Source: an uncultured delta proteobacterium (lineage in GTDB: Bacteria > Myxococcota_A > Polyangia > Polyangiales > Polyangiaceae). Taken from it: a DNA stretch of 64,000 nt. Where the stretch lies: positions 88 through 64,087 of the forward strand of contig CAWIGY010000075.1 of NCBI GenBank assembly GCA_963835565.1, read 5' to 3'. Position 1 is the first letter of the stretch, and the number at the start of each line of letters is the position of its first letter. A program made the position numbers and the translations under genes. Below are positions 19,587 to 28,818 of this stretch, in pieces. A model generated the notes under the pieces. That model worked only from the letters and a program-made list of their open reading frames with translations. It did not search any database and was not told the origin of the DNA.

Positions 19587-19916
19587 TCAAGCGACGGCGT
19601 CTTTAATCGATTTGATGGGCCGAGCCTTGACGGCCTTGCTGGCGGGCTTAGCCGCAAAGGTGGTGGGTTCTTTGGTGAATGGGTTGATGCCCTTGCGCGC
19701 TGGGCGCGCCGGCTTTTTGACCACCACGAATTTTGCAAAACCGGGAAGCAAGAACACGCCGTTCTTCTTGAGCTCCTTGTGCCCGATTTCGGTGAGAGTC
19801 TCGATTACGGTCTTCACGACCTTGCGCGATGCGTCTTCGCCGATGCCTTCAACGATGGCCTGGATTAAGCCGCTCTTGGTAAGCTTTTTCGATACTTTTG
19901 ATTTCTGCTTTGCCAT
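19587..19916 (-). CDS. HU/IHF-family DNA-binding protein
   Basis: 109 aa starting MAKQKSKVSKKLTKSGLIQAI. Beta-arm reads RKGINPFTKEPTTFAAKP. An AGGAG Shine-Dalgarno sequence lies 7 nt upstream of the ATG at 19916. Confidence 0.85.
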   Translation of the reverse strand: MAKQKSKVSKKLTKSGLIQAIVEGIGEDASRKVVKTVIETLTEIGHKELKKNGVFLLPGFAKFVVVKKPARPARKGINPFTKEPTTFAAKPASKAVKARPIKSIKDAVA

Positions 19917-20229
19917 TGGGGAACTCCTACTTCTAAAATGAGAATCCACAAAGAGCACCGATTGAGCCCAAAATCCAGACCAAAAGCGTTCAGGGCAGCA
20001 TAATGCCGTACCGGCCATTGGGACGTAGCCTCCCCCGGCTGTCTCTCTTGAGTCGTGAAAAACGGACGCCATACGTTCGCGCACTACGCCCAAGACAGAC
20101 TCTCGTTAAGCCAAATTTCCGTATAAGTAAGCAGTTCTTGAGTCGTGGATGTCAAACGAGGAGTTTACTGTAACGTCAAGTTGCGGGAGCCACGGGCATA
20201 ATCGGTAATAATTTGGTACCCTTCGCGCC

Positions 20230-20993
20230 GTGAAAATAGAGCCGATCCCCTGCCTGTCTGACAATTACGCGTACTTGATCGGGCGCGACGGTTCGCGCGA
20301 AGCGCTGATCGTTGATCCGAGCGAGTCCCTGCCTGTGATGCGCGCGCTGGAGGAGAGAAAACTTCGGCTCTCGGGGATTCTGTGCACGCATCATCATTGG
20401 GATCACATTGGCGGTGTGGAGGAGCTTTGCAGTGCTTACCCGGGCTTGCCCGTGTTTGCTTCGGACACTGACGTAACCCGCATCAATGGCGTGACTCGCG
20501 GTATCAGTGATCATGAGTCATTTGATTGCTTGGGTCTTCACTTCAACTGCCTGAAAGTGCCGGGGCACACGCTGGGAGCGCTTGCGTATTGCGTGAACGA
20601 TGCCGTGTTCACGGGTGATACGCTGTTTGGGGCCGGCTGCGGTCGATTATTCGAAGGCACTCCGGCGCAGATGCATACATCGCTGATGTCGTTGGCGGCA
20701 TTGCCAGCGCAGACTAAAGTCTATTTTGGCCACGAGTACACGCGCTCAAATCTCGCATTTGCTCGCCGCATTGAGCCGCAAAACCAGGCAGTGCAAGCAC
20801 GCCTGCACCGTGCCGCCGTGCCCAAAATAGCTGCACCACACCCAGCACCATTGAAGAAGAGCGCGCCACCAATCCATTCTTGCGTTGTGCCGAACCCGGC
20901 ATAAAAGCCACGCTCGGGGCTGCATTTGCCGAGTCTAACGACGTCGAGGTATTTGCCGAAGTGCGGCGGCGCAAGGACTCGTTCCGGGCATGA
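20230..20993 (+). pseudogene. gloB: hydroxyacylglutathione hydrolase (glyoxalase II), C-terminus in another frame
   Basis: Metallo-beta-lactamase motif THHHWDHIGG. The canonical C-terminus PSTIEEERATNPFLRC...RRRKDSFRA is read only after a frame switch at about 20810-20835. Confidence 0.85.
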
Positions 20994-22036
20994 ATTTCAA
21001 AGGTTCATCCGCAAGCGCATTCGGGGCGTGGCGGCACCGGCTGCGAGGAGTCGCGTTAGCATTGCTGCTCGCGGGCTGCAGCGCCCATCGCTGTGGTGGC
21101 AATGATGATGTCGCGGCGGCACGCGCCAGTTGGGTAATACCCAAAGCTTCGGTTGCCCCAATGGCGGCGTTATCTCCGTCGAATGACGCAGGCGCGGCGC
21201 ATGCACTCAAGCAGGGCACTGAGGAGCTCACTTGGACATTTGATCAAACTGCTTTCGGTCGCATTGATGTGGTTGTCGTGTTGCCGGATCGGCTGCAAAA
21301 TGAGCGCTTCCCACTACTGATCGCACTACACGGTCGCGGCGAGGCCATGAAGGGACCCGTGCGTGGCGCGCGCGGTTGGGTGGACGACTATGCGCTCGGA
21401 CGCGCGATTCGACGCCTGGGAATGCCACCGCTAAAACCTGAAGACTTCGAGGACATCGTAGATTCAAAGCGACTTAGCCTTCTGAATTCAATGCTTCAAT
21501 CACAGCCCTATGCGGGACTGGTCGTACTTTGCCCGTACACACCGGACATGCTCGCCGGCGAACGGCCGTTCGAGCGCGCGCTGCCTTATGCTCGATTCTT
21601 AGTGGAAACTTTGCTCCCGCGCGCAAGCCGCGAACTGCCAGTGCTCGGCACGCCGGAGGCGACAGGCATTGACGGGGTCAGCCTAGGTGGTCGCGTAGCG
21701 TTACTGTCCGGCCTTTACCAGCCGCAGGCCTTCGGAGCGATTGCAACCTTGCAAGCGGCATTCGATTCAAGTGACGCACCGCGACTGGCCGCGCTCGGAA
21801 TAGCAGCCAAGAAGACAAATCCCAAACTCCAGTTTCGATTCCTTACCAGTGACGGCGACTATTTCTTAGCGGCCAATCGCGCGATTGATGCAGCCTTCTC
21901 ATATTCACACATTGAGCATGAGTTCGTGGTAGTTCCCGGTCCCCACGACTACATTTTCAATCGGGGCCCCGGCGCGCTTGAGATGCTCCTTTACCACGAT
22001 CGAGCCTTGCGCGGGCGTAAAGTGCAGGGAGAGTGA
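20990..22036 (+). CDS. lipoprotein esterase (putative-esterase / esterase-D-like alpha/beta fold)
   Basis: Lipobox LLLAGCS. Motifs LIALHGRGEA and GIDGVSLGGRVAL (GxSxG). Confidence 0.65.
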   Translation: MNFKGSSASAFGAWRHRLRGVALALLLAGCSAHRCGGNDDVAAARASWVIPKASVAPMAALSPSNDAGAAHALKQGTEELTWTFDQTAFGRIDVVVVLPDRLQNERFPLLIALHGRGEAMKGPVRGARGWVDDYALGRAIRRLGMPPLKPEDFEDIVDSKRLSLLNSMLQSQPYAGLVVLCPYTPDMLAGERPFERALPYARFLVETLLPRASRELPVLGTPEATGIDGVSLGGRVALLSGLYQPQAFGAIATLQAAFDSSDAPRLAALGIAAKKTNPKLQFRFLTSDGDYFLAANRAIDAAFSYSHIEHEFVVVPGPHDYIFNRGPGALEMLLYHDRALRGRKVQGE

Positions 22037-22473
22037 GGCTTCGGCAGCCCAGTGATAGTTGAATAGAGTATGTTTGCTTTAAGTGGAAGGGTTCCTTTTC
22101 TTTCTGCCGTGCCGACACTTGGACACAGCTCATGTTAAGCGAGACGCTGTGACGACAAACTTTCTCGCAAAGCTCGATTTCATTGCCACGTGCGCGAGCC
22201 CCCGAGTTTTGTGGCGACTCGGTGGCCACCACGCAACAAGCCGCTCGTGGTCCGAGGCGAGAAACGTACCGGAGCCAGTGGAATTTGCTACGGGCAGGAT
22301 GGTATCGCGTTCAGACTTGGGGCCGGCTCAACAAACATTCACGTGACGAGGCACCTTTCTGCGGTCTGTTCATCGGTGACGCCTCTCGGGTTCGGTGCTA
22401 TACACTGTAAGGAGCGTTTTGATTACACTTTACACCTTATGCGGTTGCCAAATTCTGCCACAAGGAGGCTAAA

Positions 22474-23250
22474 GTGTTTGCAGGCTATCTTCTTTTGTTT
22501 GGTTTGAATCGCAACGCTAGGCGTACTGCTGCAATCAAATTACTTGTCCAAGGTTTAGCACTCGCGTCGAACGGGGGCTGTTGGCTAGCTTTGGATGGCT
22601 GCAGCGCACTTGGTGGAGCAACCCAATGCTCGGTAGGTACGAGTCAATGTACAATAACCGGACGGCAGACGTGTCAAGATACCGGCACTAGTGGTATTTG
22701 GGTAGACGCGCCATGCCCTTCCGGCCAAACTTATTGTGTCACTACCAATGTTTATTCCGCCGAATGCGCGTCAACTCCCCACTGCGCTTCTACCGCTACC
22801 GCCTGCGGCTCCTCTGGACTTTGCGCTGACGGTCCAAACGGGTGCGTTGCAACCGAAGCGGGCTGCGCCAATTCGACCAGTTGCCCAGTATTCGGCACCT
22901 GTGGTTTCGACGGCGAGAATTGTGTCACGACTGCAGCTGGCTGTTTAGCCTCGCAAGACTGCGTGTCAAACGGACTATGCGGTTTTAGTGCTGGTAGTTG
23001 CGCGAGTACAGACGCGGGATGTGTAAACTCTACGGGTTGCAAGACTAATGGCCTGTGCGCGGTCTCGCCAATAAATGGCTGTGAAGCTACTGTGGAAGGT
23101 TGTGCGGCATCTGACGGATGCATTAATTTCGGGTTCTGCGGTGTCTCTGATTCAAGCTGCGTTGCAACTGCCGAGGGCTGCAAGAATTCTACTCGCTGCC
23201 AACAGGCCGGCGTATGTACATTGGCAGGTTCGGTTTGTGAAGCAAGTTAG
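22474..23250 (+). CDS. secreted Cys-rich repeat protein
   Basis: AAGGAGG lies 5 nt upstream of the GTG start. Contains about six ~26-aa repeats of GC-x-NS-x-C-x3-G-x-CG-x5-C. Confidence 0.6.
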   Translation: MFAGYLLLFGLNRNARRTAAIKLLVQGLALASNGGCWLALDGCSALGGATQCSVGTSQCTITGRQTCQDTGTSGIWVDAPCPSGQTYCVTTNVYSAECASTPHCASTATACGSSGLCADGPNGCVATEAGCANSTSCPVFGTCGFDGENCVTTAAGCLASQDCVSNGLCGFSAGSCASTDAGCVNSTGCKTNGLCAVSPINGCEATVEGCAASDGCINFGFCGVSDSSCVATAEGCKNSTRCQQAGVCTLAGSVCEAS

Positions 23251-23375
23251 ATGAAGTCCTTGTGCGCCAGGACGCAGACCGATATCTTGTCCCAATGATT
23301 TTGGCGGCTACGGACACGGAACTGCTGCAACTTCGAATTTTTGCCTAGCTTCCCCAAACGTCGCATCAGCCAGAA

Positions 23376-24297
23376 TTAATTGATGGTTATCGGCGTGTTG
23401 CGTTTGATAGACCGGATTGGAATCGAATTGTTGCCCAGAACTCGCGCTAGTTCTTCAACTAGCTTTTCAAAGCTGATCTGCTTAGGGTCGGCGCCGACGG
23501 TCAATGTCCGAGTGTCAGCGTCAAAGGTCACGCTGCTAACTCCGACGATTTCGGCCATAGCAGTTTCAGGAATGACTATGGCTTCAACTTCAATTTGGCA
23601 TTCGATGCTTGAAGTTCGCAATGTGGACAGCGCATTTGAAGACTCGATTCTCCCTCGCCCAATTACGGACAACTCATCGCAAAATGGCTCAAGCATTCCA
23701 ATATGCCGGCTTGTTATGATCGCCGTCATGGCACCGCGATGAGCCCGAATGAGACGTTGTATTGAATGAATCGTCTTTTCGCTTTGCCCCAGCATGGGGT
23801 CGTCCAGAATGATAATTGGGGGCGATCCCAGAAACGCTTGTGCAACCCCTAGCTGGCGAAGCATCTCGTCCGAGATATCTCCGAATCGCAACGGCTTCCA
23901 AGGCAGACCACCAACGGAGTCCAACACCGAATCGACGGCTTTGGGTGCAGCAGGCAGTCTTTGTAAGTCGGCAAGGTATGCGAAATATTGACCAACCTTC
24001 TGTTCCGGGGCGAATCTCAGAACCGTTCAAATACGCGCCAATATGGCCCACGAGCCTCGCGCTACGCGGACGCTCGCCAAGCACCGTAATCTCGCCTGAA
24101 TCTGGCCGTGCAAAGCCAGCTGCCATCGAGAGGATCGTGCTCTTGCCCGCTCCTGATTCGCCCAGCAACCCCATGATCATGCAGTCACTCACATTGAGAC
24201 TGAAATCCTGAAGCACGATTTTGCGACCATAACGCTTGTTGACTCGGCTGATGAATATCGTAGCGGCACCGGATTTAGTACATTCCACTTCTTTCAC
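23376..24297 (-). pseudogene. ABC transporter ATP-binding protein, one frameshift at a homopolymer
   Basis: Walker A GESGAGKST is in ORF 23689-24297. Walker B IIILDDP and a degenerate signature ISDEMLRQ are in ORF 23376-23927. The junction resolves to CGC-CCC(C)-GGA at the G4 run at 24007-24010. Confidence 0.8.
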
Positions 24298-24306
24298 CTG
24301 TTCGAA

Positions 24307-25116
24307 TCACACTTTAACCCGATTGAATATGTGTGCAGCCGCTGACAGGACAACGATACTCCAAATACAAGCAACAGCAATGCCCACAAAACGCTGACCA
24401 ACATTGCGCCCCAGTAGGAGTTCATCAACCGTTCCCGGCAAGCAGGTGAGGAGTTTACCCAATGGTGGACGTGACTCGTGCAGCGCTCGGCGCAAGAAGC
24501 CCATTACGGAAATCAGCCCAATACCGACGACAAATGAAACCCACGCTCTTCTAAAGAAGCAGCTGACGAGTATCCAGATGCTCACGAAGGCGATAGCCTG
24601 GATAAACATGACACTGTATAGTCGTCCTCCCCAGGTCAAGGCTTCAAATCGCAAGCCTTTGCTACGGATAATCTCTGCTAACCAAACAGGAGAATACGAC
24701 AATAAGCAGATTCCGGCATAGACCGTCCAAATTGCAACACTTTTACCAATGATGATCGAGGACCACCTGGCTCGCATGCAGCTAAACCGGAGCGTTCCTA
24801 ATTCACGCTCCCGCGCAATAGTGTCAAAGGCAAGAATAAGCGTGGCCAAAGGCAACGCGGAAAACGTAATTATGCCCGAAATCACCAAGGCAGAGGGACA
24901 TCCAGCGAGTTCCCGCATTACGCTGAAATTATACAACCTCATCAGTGTTTGCGCCTGAGCACGACCGCCAAGCTCAAGCGGCTGCTCGCCAGATACAATT
25001 ATGAGACCTGGCAAGGTCGCCAAAATGAGCGTCAATAGAAGCATTGACAATCCCCTGCCACCTCGTACCAGGTTAATCGTGGTAAACTTAGCTACAGTAA
25101 CGATGGCACGGATCAT
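24307..25116 (-). CDS. ABC-2-type transporter permease
   Basis: 269-aa ORF with about six predicted TM segments, directly upstream of the ATPase gene. Confidence 0.6.
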   Translation of the reverse strand: MIRAIVTVAKFTTINLVRGGRGLSMLLLTLILATLPGLIIVSGEQPLELGGRAQAQTLMRLYNFSVMRELAGCPSALVISGIITFSALPLATLILAFDTIARERELGTLRFSCMRARWSSIIIGKSVAIWTVYAGICLLSYSPVWLAEIIRSKGLRFEALTWGGRLYSVMFIQAIAFVSIWILVSCFFRRAWVSFVVGIGLISVMGFLRRALHESRPPLGKLLTCLPGTVDELLLGRNVGQRFVGIAVACIWSIVVLSAAAHIFNRVKV

Positions 25117-25250
25117 AACACCCTTTTAGGGAACGACGCGGATCATGGATCGTGAAACCTGCGACCCTTAGAATCGCAGATGTGTTTGCGGAATTTGCCC
25201 ACCGGGATCGAACGCGCTAAATAGGCGCATCCGATCACTTCGATTGCAAT

Positions 25251-25538
25251 TCAGTTTATTATCTGCGAGAAGCAGCATCCAGAACTGGGATCGCAAATCA
25301 GGCCTCCGGGACAGGTACCGTTGACGCATGGCGTTAAACACGAAGTGCCACCGTCTCCCGCACCCGCATCTACAGGTGCTACGGCCGTTCCAAGAATTAG
25401 TCCCTGAATGGGGTACGGCAAAATCGATTTTGTACTTGGATCACAATTACCCATCACAAAGTCGTACGTGTTAGCCCCCGGGCAGGTTTGGTAGCGCGAA
25501 CATGGCAACCAGGTCGTCCAGTGCCTGACGGCTACCAC
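25251..25538 (-). CDS. possible small Cys-rich peptide upstream of the ABC-2 transporter (weak call)
   Basis: The ORF ends ...GGTSCLTPCVNGTCPGGLICDPSSGCCFSQIIN. It has no clear Shine-Dalgarno sequence or signal peptide. It fills an otherwise empty 370-bp gap. Confidence 0.25.
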   Translation of the reverse strand: MVAVRHWTTWLPCSRYQTCPGANTYDFVMGNCDPSTKSILPYPIQGLILGTAVAPVDAGAGDGGTSCLTPCVNGTCPGGLICDPSSGCCFSQIIN

Positions 25539-25945
25539 CCAGTAAGAAAGCGCACCTGGGGAATAGTGGGGTTATCGCTACTAGGGGGTGGATACGCAAC
25601 AAGTGCTATAACGGGCCTCGCGATGTTGACGGCTTGTGACATTCCGATTGGGGTGGAGGCGACAACAATAACTGTCACAAGTCGCCTTCAGATGAAAGTT
25701 CCGCTTTGCTACTGATACCGATTGCCGGACCGTTTGTCGCGCTGACGCGTTCCGACATGCACGACGGAGGATCCGTGTTTTGGTGCACGACATTGGGCAC
25801 TATGCAAGTCGTTGGTGCGGGTCTGCTGACCTACTATTTTGCAGCGCCAAAATATCGCTTGGAGAAAATCAAGGAGGCACGCGTGATTCTGCTCCCCGTT
25901 TTCGACCGTCACATCCAAGGGCTGTCGCTTAGCGGGCGTTTTTAG
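25488..25945 (+). pseudogene. small membrane protein, apparently frameshifted near 25700
   Basis: Two abutting ORFs (25488-25715 and 25706-25945), each with TM segments. The motif is W-x-PG-x-PVP-x-GY followed by a TM segment. Confidence 0.4.
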
Positions 25946-26176
25946 GCTGAGACGCTTTACGGAACCAGGCGGCATTTAGACGGTGAACTTCGGGTCCGGA
26001 CGGATCGTGGACGTTGGCTGCAACGTGCCGCTGTGCCCCAAAAAAGAATAGATGCGCGTCGTCCAGCTCGATCGATAATCTCGAGGCTTCAATCAGTAGT
26101 GAGCGACACTGAACGTCTGGCTTTGGCCTATCCGTGTTTCGGTGCTAACTTCTAAACGCGTACACTTGGTAAAAAC

Positions 26177-26392
26177 ATGAACAGCCGCATTCTATTAATA
26201 TTTGTTGCCACTATGAGCTGCGCTAGCACAGCGCAACCTGATCACGATTCGGGTGGTGGCGGTGCGGGTGGCAATGCGAGCCCCGGCGGTGCATCGAGTG
26301 TGTCCAACTGCGCTACCGGATGCGAATATATCTGCCAGGCGGGTGTAGGTTGCGACTGCGAATGTAGTGCGGGCACGGGAGGCAACGGGTAG
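26177..26392 (+). CDS. small Cys-rich lipoprotein
   Basis: 71 aa. Lipobox VATMSCA, a Gly-rich linker, then CATGCEYICQAGVGCDCEC. Confidence 0.45.
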   Translation: MNSRILLIFVATMSCASTAQPDHDSGGGGAGGNASPGGASSVSNCATGCEYICQAGVGCDCECSAGTGGNG

Positions 26393-26610
26393 AACGGCTG
26401 CGCGCACGCTGCAACATCTGAGCGCTCGACGCGGCAAAGGCGGCGCTCGTTTAGGGAGTCAGTTTGGGTGCGTGGGCCGCCCTAGTGTTCGGCCTACATT
26501 ATTCCGGATCCGTCGGGACGAGCCTTACGCGGCCGCAGATTACACTGAAAGCGATTTTGCAATCGGCTCGTTGCCGGAAAGCTCCAGCGTAATTACCCTT
26601 TGCTCCCTCG

Positions 26611-26952
26611 TCAGTACCTATCGTGATCCCGCAGCAATTCAGCCAAGACGAGCAGCTGATTTCCCGTTTGTGGCTGAAAATGCAGCCCGATGATCGCACG
26701 CGCTTCCGACTCGTTGCGAACCCAGGCCACACGGGCCGGCATTGCAAAAGGCTCCCAAAGGAAAGGAGCGGTCAGGGTAAGCTCGGCGAGGGCGCCCTCG
26801 GGCAATGGTTCATTGCAGCTTACTTGCGCGCCTTCCATGCCCAGGTCAATGAGCAGGCAAGATATGACTTCCTGGGTTTGCTGGCCCGAGATTTGGGCCG
26901 CCACGGTTACCCGGTATCGCTGCTGGGCGCGAAAATGGTCGAGTCCTGGCAC
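26611..26952 (-). CDS. single-domain PilZ protein
   Basis: RAQQR (RxxxR) and DLGMEG (a D-x-S-x-x-G variant) at PilZ spacing. Confidence 0.65.
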   Translation of the reverse strand: MPGLDHFRAQQRYRVTVAAQISGQQTQEVISCLLIDLGMEGAQVSCNEPLPEGALAELTLTAPFLWEPFAMPARVAWVRNESEARAIIGLHFQPQTGNQLLVLAELLRDHDRY

Positions 26953-27096
26953 GCCGACACTCTACCACATGTCCGATGCCACAAAGGGACGTTACCGTGG
27001 TAGACCCCGGTCACGAAATCAACTACTTGGGCATTACTGAACCTTCAAGTACGATGGTGGCGGCGCTTCCACCTACAATAAGAAGAGAGTCAATCC

Positions 27097-28725
27097 ATGG
27101 CCGAAAATACGCGCAAAGATCCGCGGGCGAAAGTGCTGAGCATGACAGTCCGCTACAAGAGCGCGACGCTGGACGAATTCATCGAGCACCATTCACACGA
27201 TGTCAGTCGTGGCGGCATGTACATCAAGACACCCCAGCCTTTTCCGCCTGGGACGCTATTGAAGTTTGAAGTAAAGATCGCGGCTGATCAGAAAGTCATG
27301 CAGGGTGTCGGTCGCGTCGTTTGGCGACGGGAAGCGGACGACGCATCCTCGGATCATCCAGCAGGCATGGGCGTCAAATTCATAAAGCTGGATGATGAGT
27401 CGAAAAACAATATTGATCAGCTGGTCACGGCGCGAATGGGCGACATCTCGGCTTTCGATGAAGTTGAGCCGGTGTCGGAGGGCGCGCTAGCGTCGGCACA
27501 GCCGCCCGTGACAGCGACCACGGACAGCGGCTCCGAAGGATTCTTCCCAAAATCCACCGAAAATATCCCGCAGCCGGCTCCCGAAGATCGCACCGTTATG
27601 AAGCAGGCAACGGAGTTGCTGCAGGAAGCTTTGCGTGAGGTCGGAAGCGGCACCGCGGGTTTCGAAACATCCAATCGGACTGCGAGTGATAACGAAGCTA
27701 TCCCAAGAGCTCCTAAAGCAGCGTCAGTGACTCCGTCGCCCGCGCGTAGCGCTCGTGTGGGAGGACAGTCACCCTCGGACGAGCCGCCGCGCGTTCAAAA
27801 GACACCAGCTCCCGCCGCGGCGCCCAAAACTGACGTGAAATCGGTCTCACCCTCGGCACAAGCATCCAGGGGCGTCGCAGGCGCGTCTTCACGCAGTACT
27901 ACACCGGTTCAGGTCAAGAAGACTCCAGCGCCTGGGGCGACTGAATCTAAATCCGCCCAACTGGCAGGTGCCAGTAATGAGCAGCAACGCTTCGAACCCG
28001 TGAAGTCCGAGAGCGTTCCGAAAGTCACTAAAAAGCCGTCAGTCGAGCCCGCTTCCAAGACGGTGCCATCTAGCCCGATGGCGGCCCGTCGGGTTGCTCA
28101 AGTGGCGCCGGCTCCGAAGGTTTCGGATGAAGAGGACGATTACAAGCTCCCGATTCACAGGTCCATTCCTGCGGGACGTGGCATGCGGATTGGCATCATT
28201 CTATTGCTCGTGGGCGGGGCGGCTGCCGCTGTGTTGGCGCTGAGTCGCAAACCCGAGCCTGCTCCTGCCCCAGCTCCAACCCCCACACTTTCCGCGCCCA
28301 AGAAGATCGAGTCCGCGCCGGTCGTGCTCAATTTGGGGAGTCCGGCTCCTGAAGCGGGACCGGCGCCAACTGCCACTCCTTCGGCCGCAGCATCGGCTGC
28401 GTCTTCTGCATCGGCTGCAGCGGCCGCTGCCTCGATTCAAAAGCCTACTGAACCCGAAAAGCCGGCAGCTTCGGAGGCGCCCAAGGCTGAGTCCGCATCC
28501 AAAGTTCGGCAGGTCCCGGCGCGGCACAGAAGGGCGGATGCCGGTGCGGCAGCGGCGCCACCCTCGGAAAAACCTGATGATTTGTACCCGCCCACGACGC
28601 CCAGCAAGTCGGGCGCCGACACCCCTGGTTCTACGGAGTCAACCCCGCCGGCCAATCCCAAGTTGAAGTCCAAAGGTGCGTTTCCGCCCGCACCCGCCGG
28701 CAACGAAGAATCGAACCCTCTCTGA
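27097..28725 (+). CDS. PilZ-domain protein (myxobacterial TIGR02266-like N-domain) with Pro/Ala-rich region and one TM segment
   Basis: RKDPR ... DVSRGGMYIKTPQPFPPGTLLKF. A long low-complexity P/A/S region follows. TM segment is IGIILLLVGGAAAAVLAL. Confidence 0.8.
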   Translation: MAENTRKDPRAKVLSMTVRYKSATLDEFIEHHSHDVSRGGMYIKTPQPFPPGTLLKFEVKIAADQKVMQGVGRVVWRREADDASSDHPAGMGVKFIKLDDESKNNIDQLVTARMGDISAFDEVEPVSEGALASAQPPVTATTDSGSEGFFPKSTENIPQPAPEDRTVMKQATELLQEALREVGSGTAGFETSNRTASDNEAIPRAPKAASVTPSPARSARVGGQSPSDEPPRVQKTPAPAAAPKTDVKSVSPSAQASRGVAGASSRSTTPVQVKKTPAPGATESKSAQLAGASNEQQRFEPVKSESVPKVTKKPSVEPASKTVPSSPMAARRVAQVAPAPKVSDEEDDYKLPIHRSIPAGRGMRIGIILLLVGGAAAAVLALSRKPEPAPAPAPTPTLSAPKKIESAPVVLNLGSPAPEAGPAPTATPSAAASAASSASAAAAAASIQKPTEPEKPAASEAPKAESASKVRQVPARHRRADAGAAAAPPSEKPDDLYPPTTPSKSGADTPGSTESTPPANPKLKSKGAFPPAPAGNEESNPL

Positions 28726-28818
28726 ACCACAGGCCTGAATAGCCTATGGCGAGTTCAGAGCGTTTGTGAACGGCATCAATAATGGGATCAATTGGCCGTA
28801 TGTGCTCTCGGCCCCAAT

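Noticed and set aside
23376-25116. ABC transporter segment as a low-GC horizontally acquired island
   Set aside because: Spot counts gave about 45-52% GC against a window that itself ranges from 50 to 63%. The difference is too small to claim without computation.
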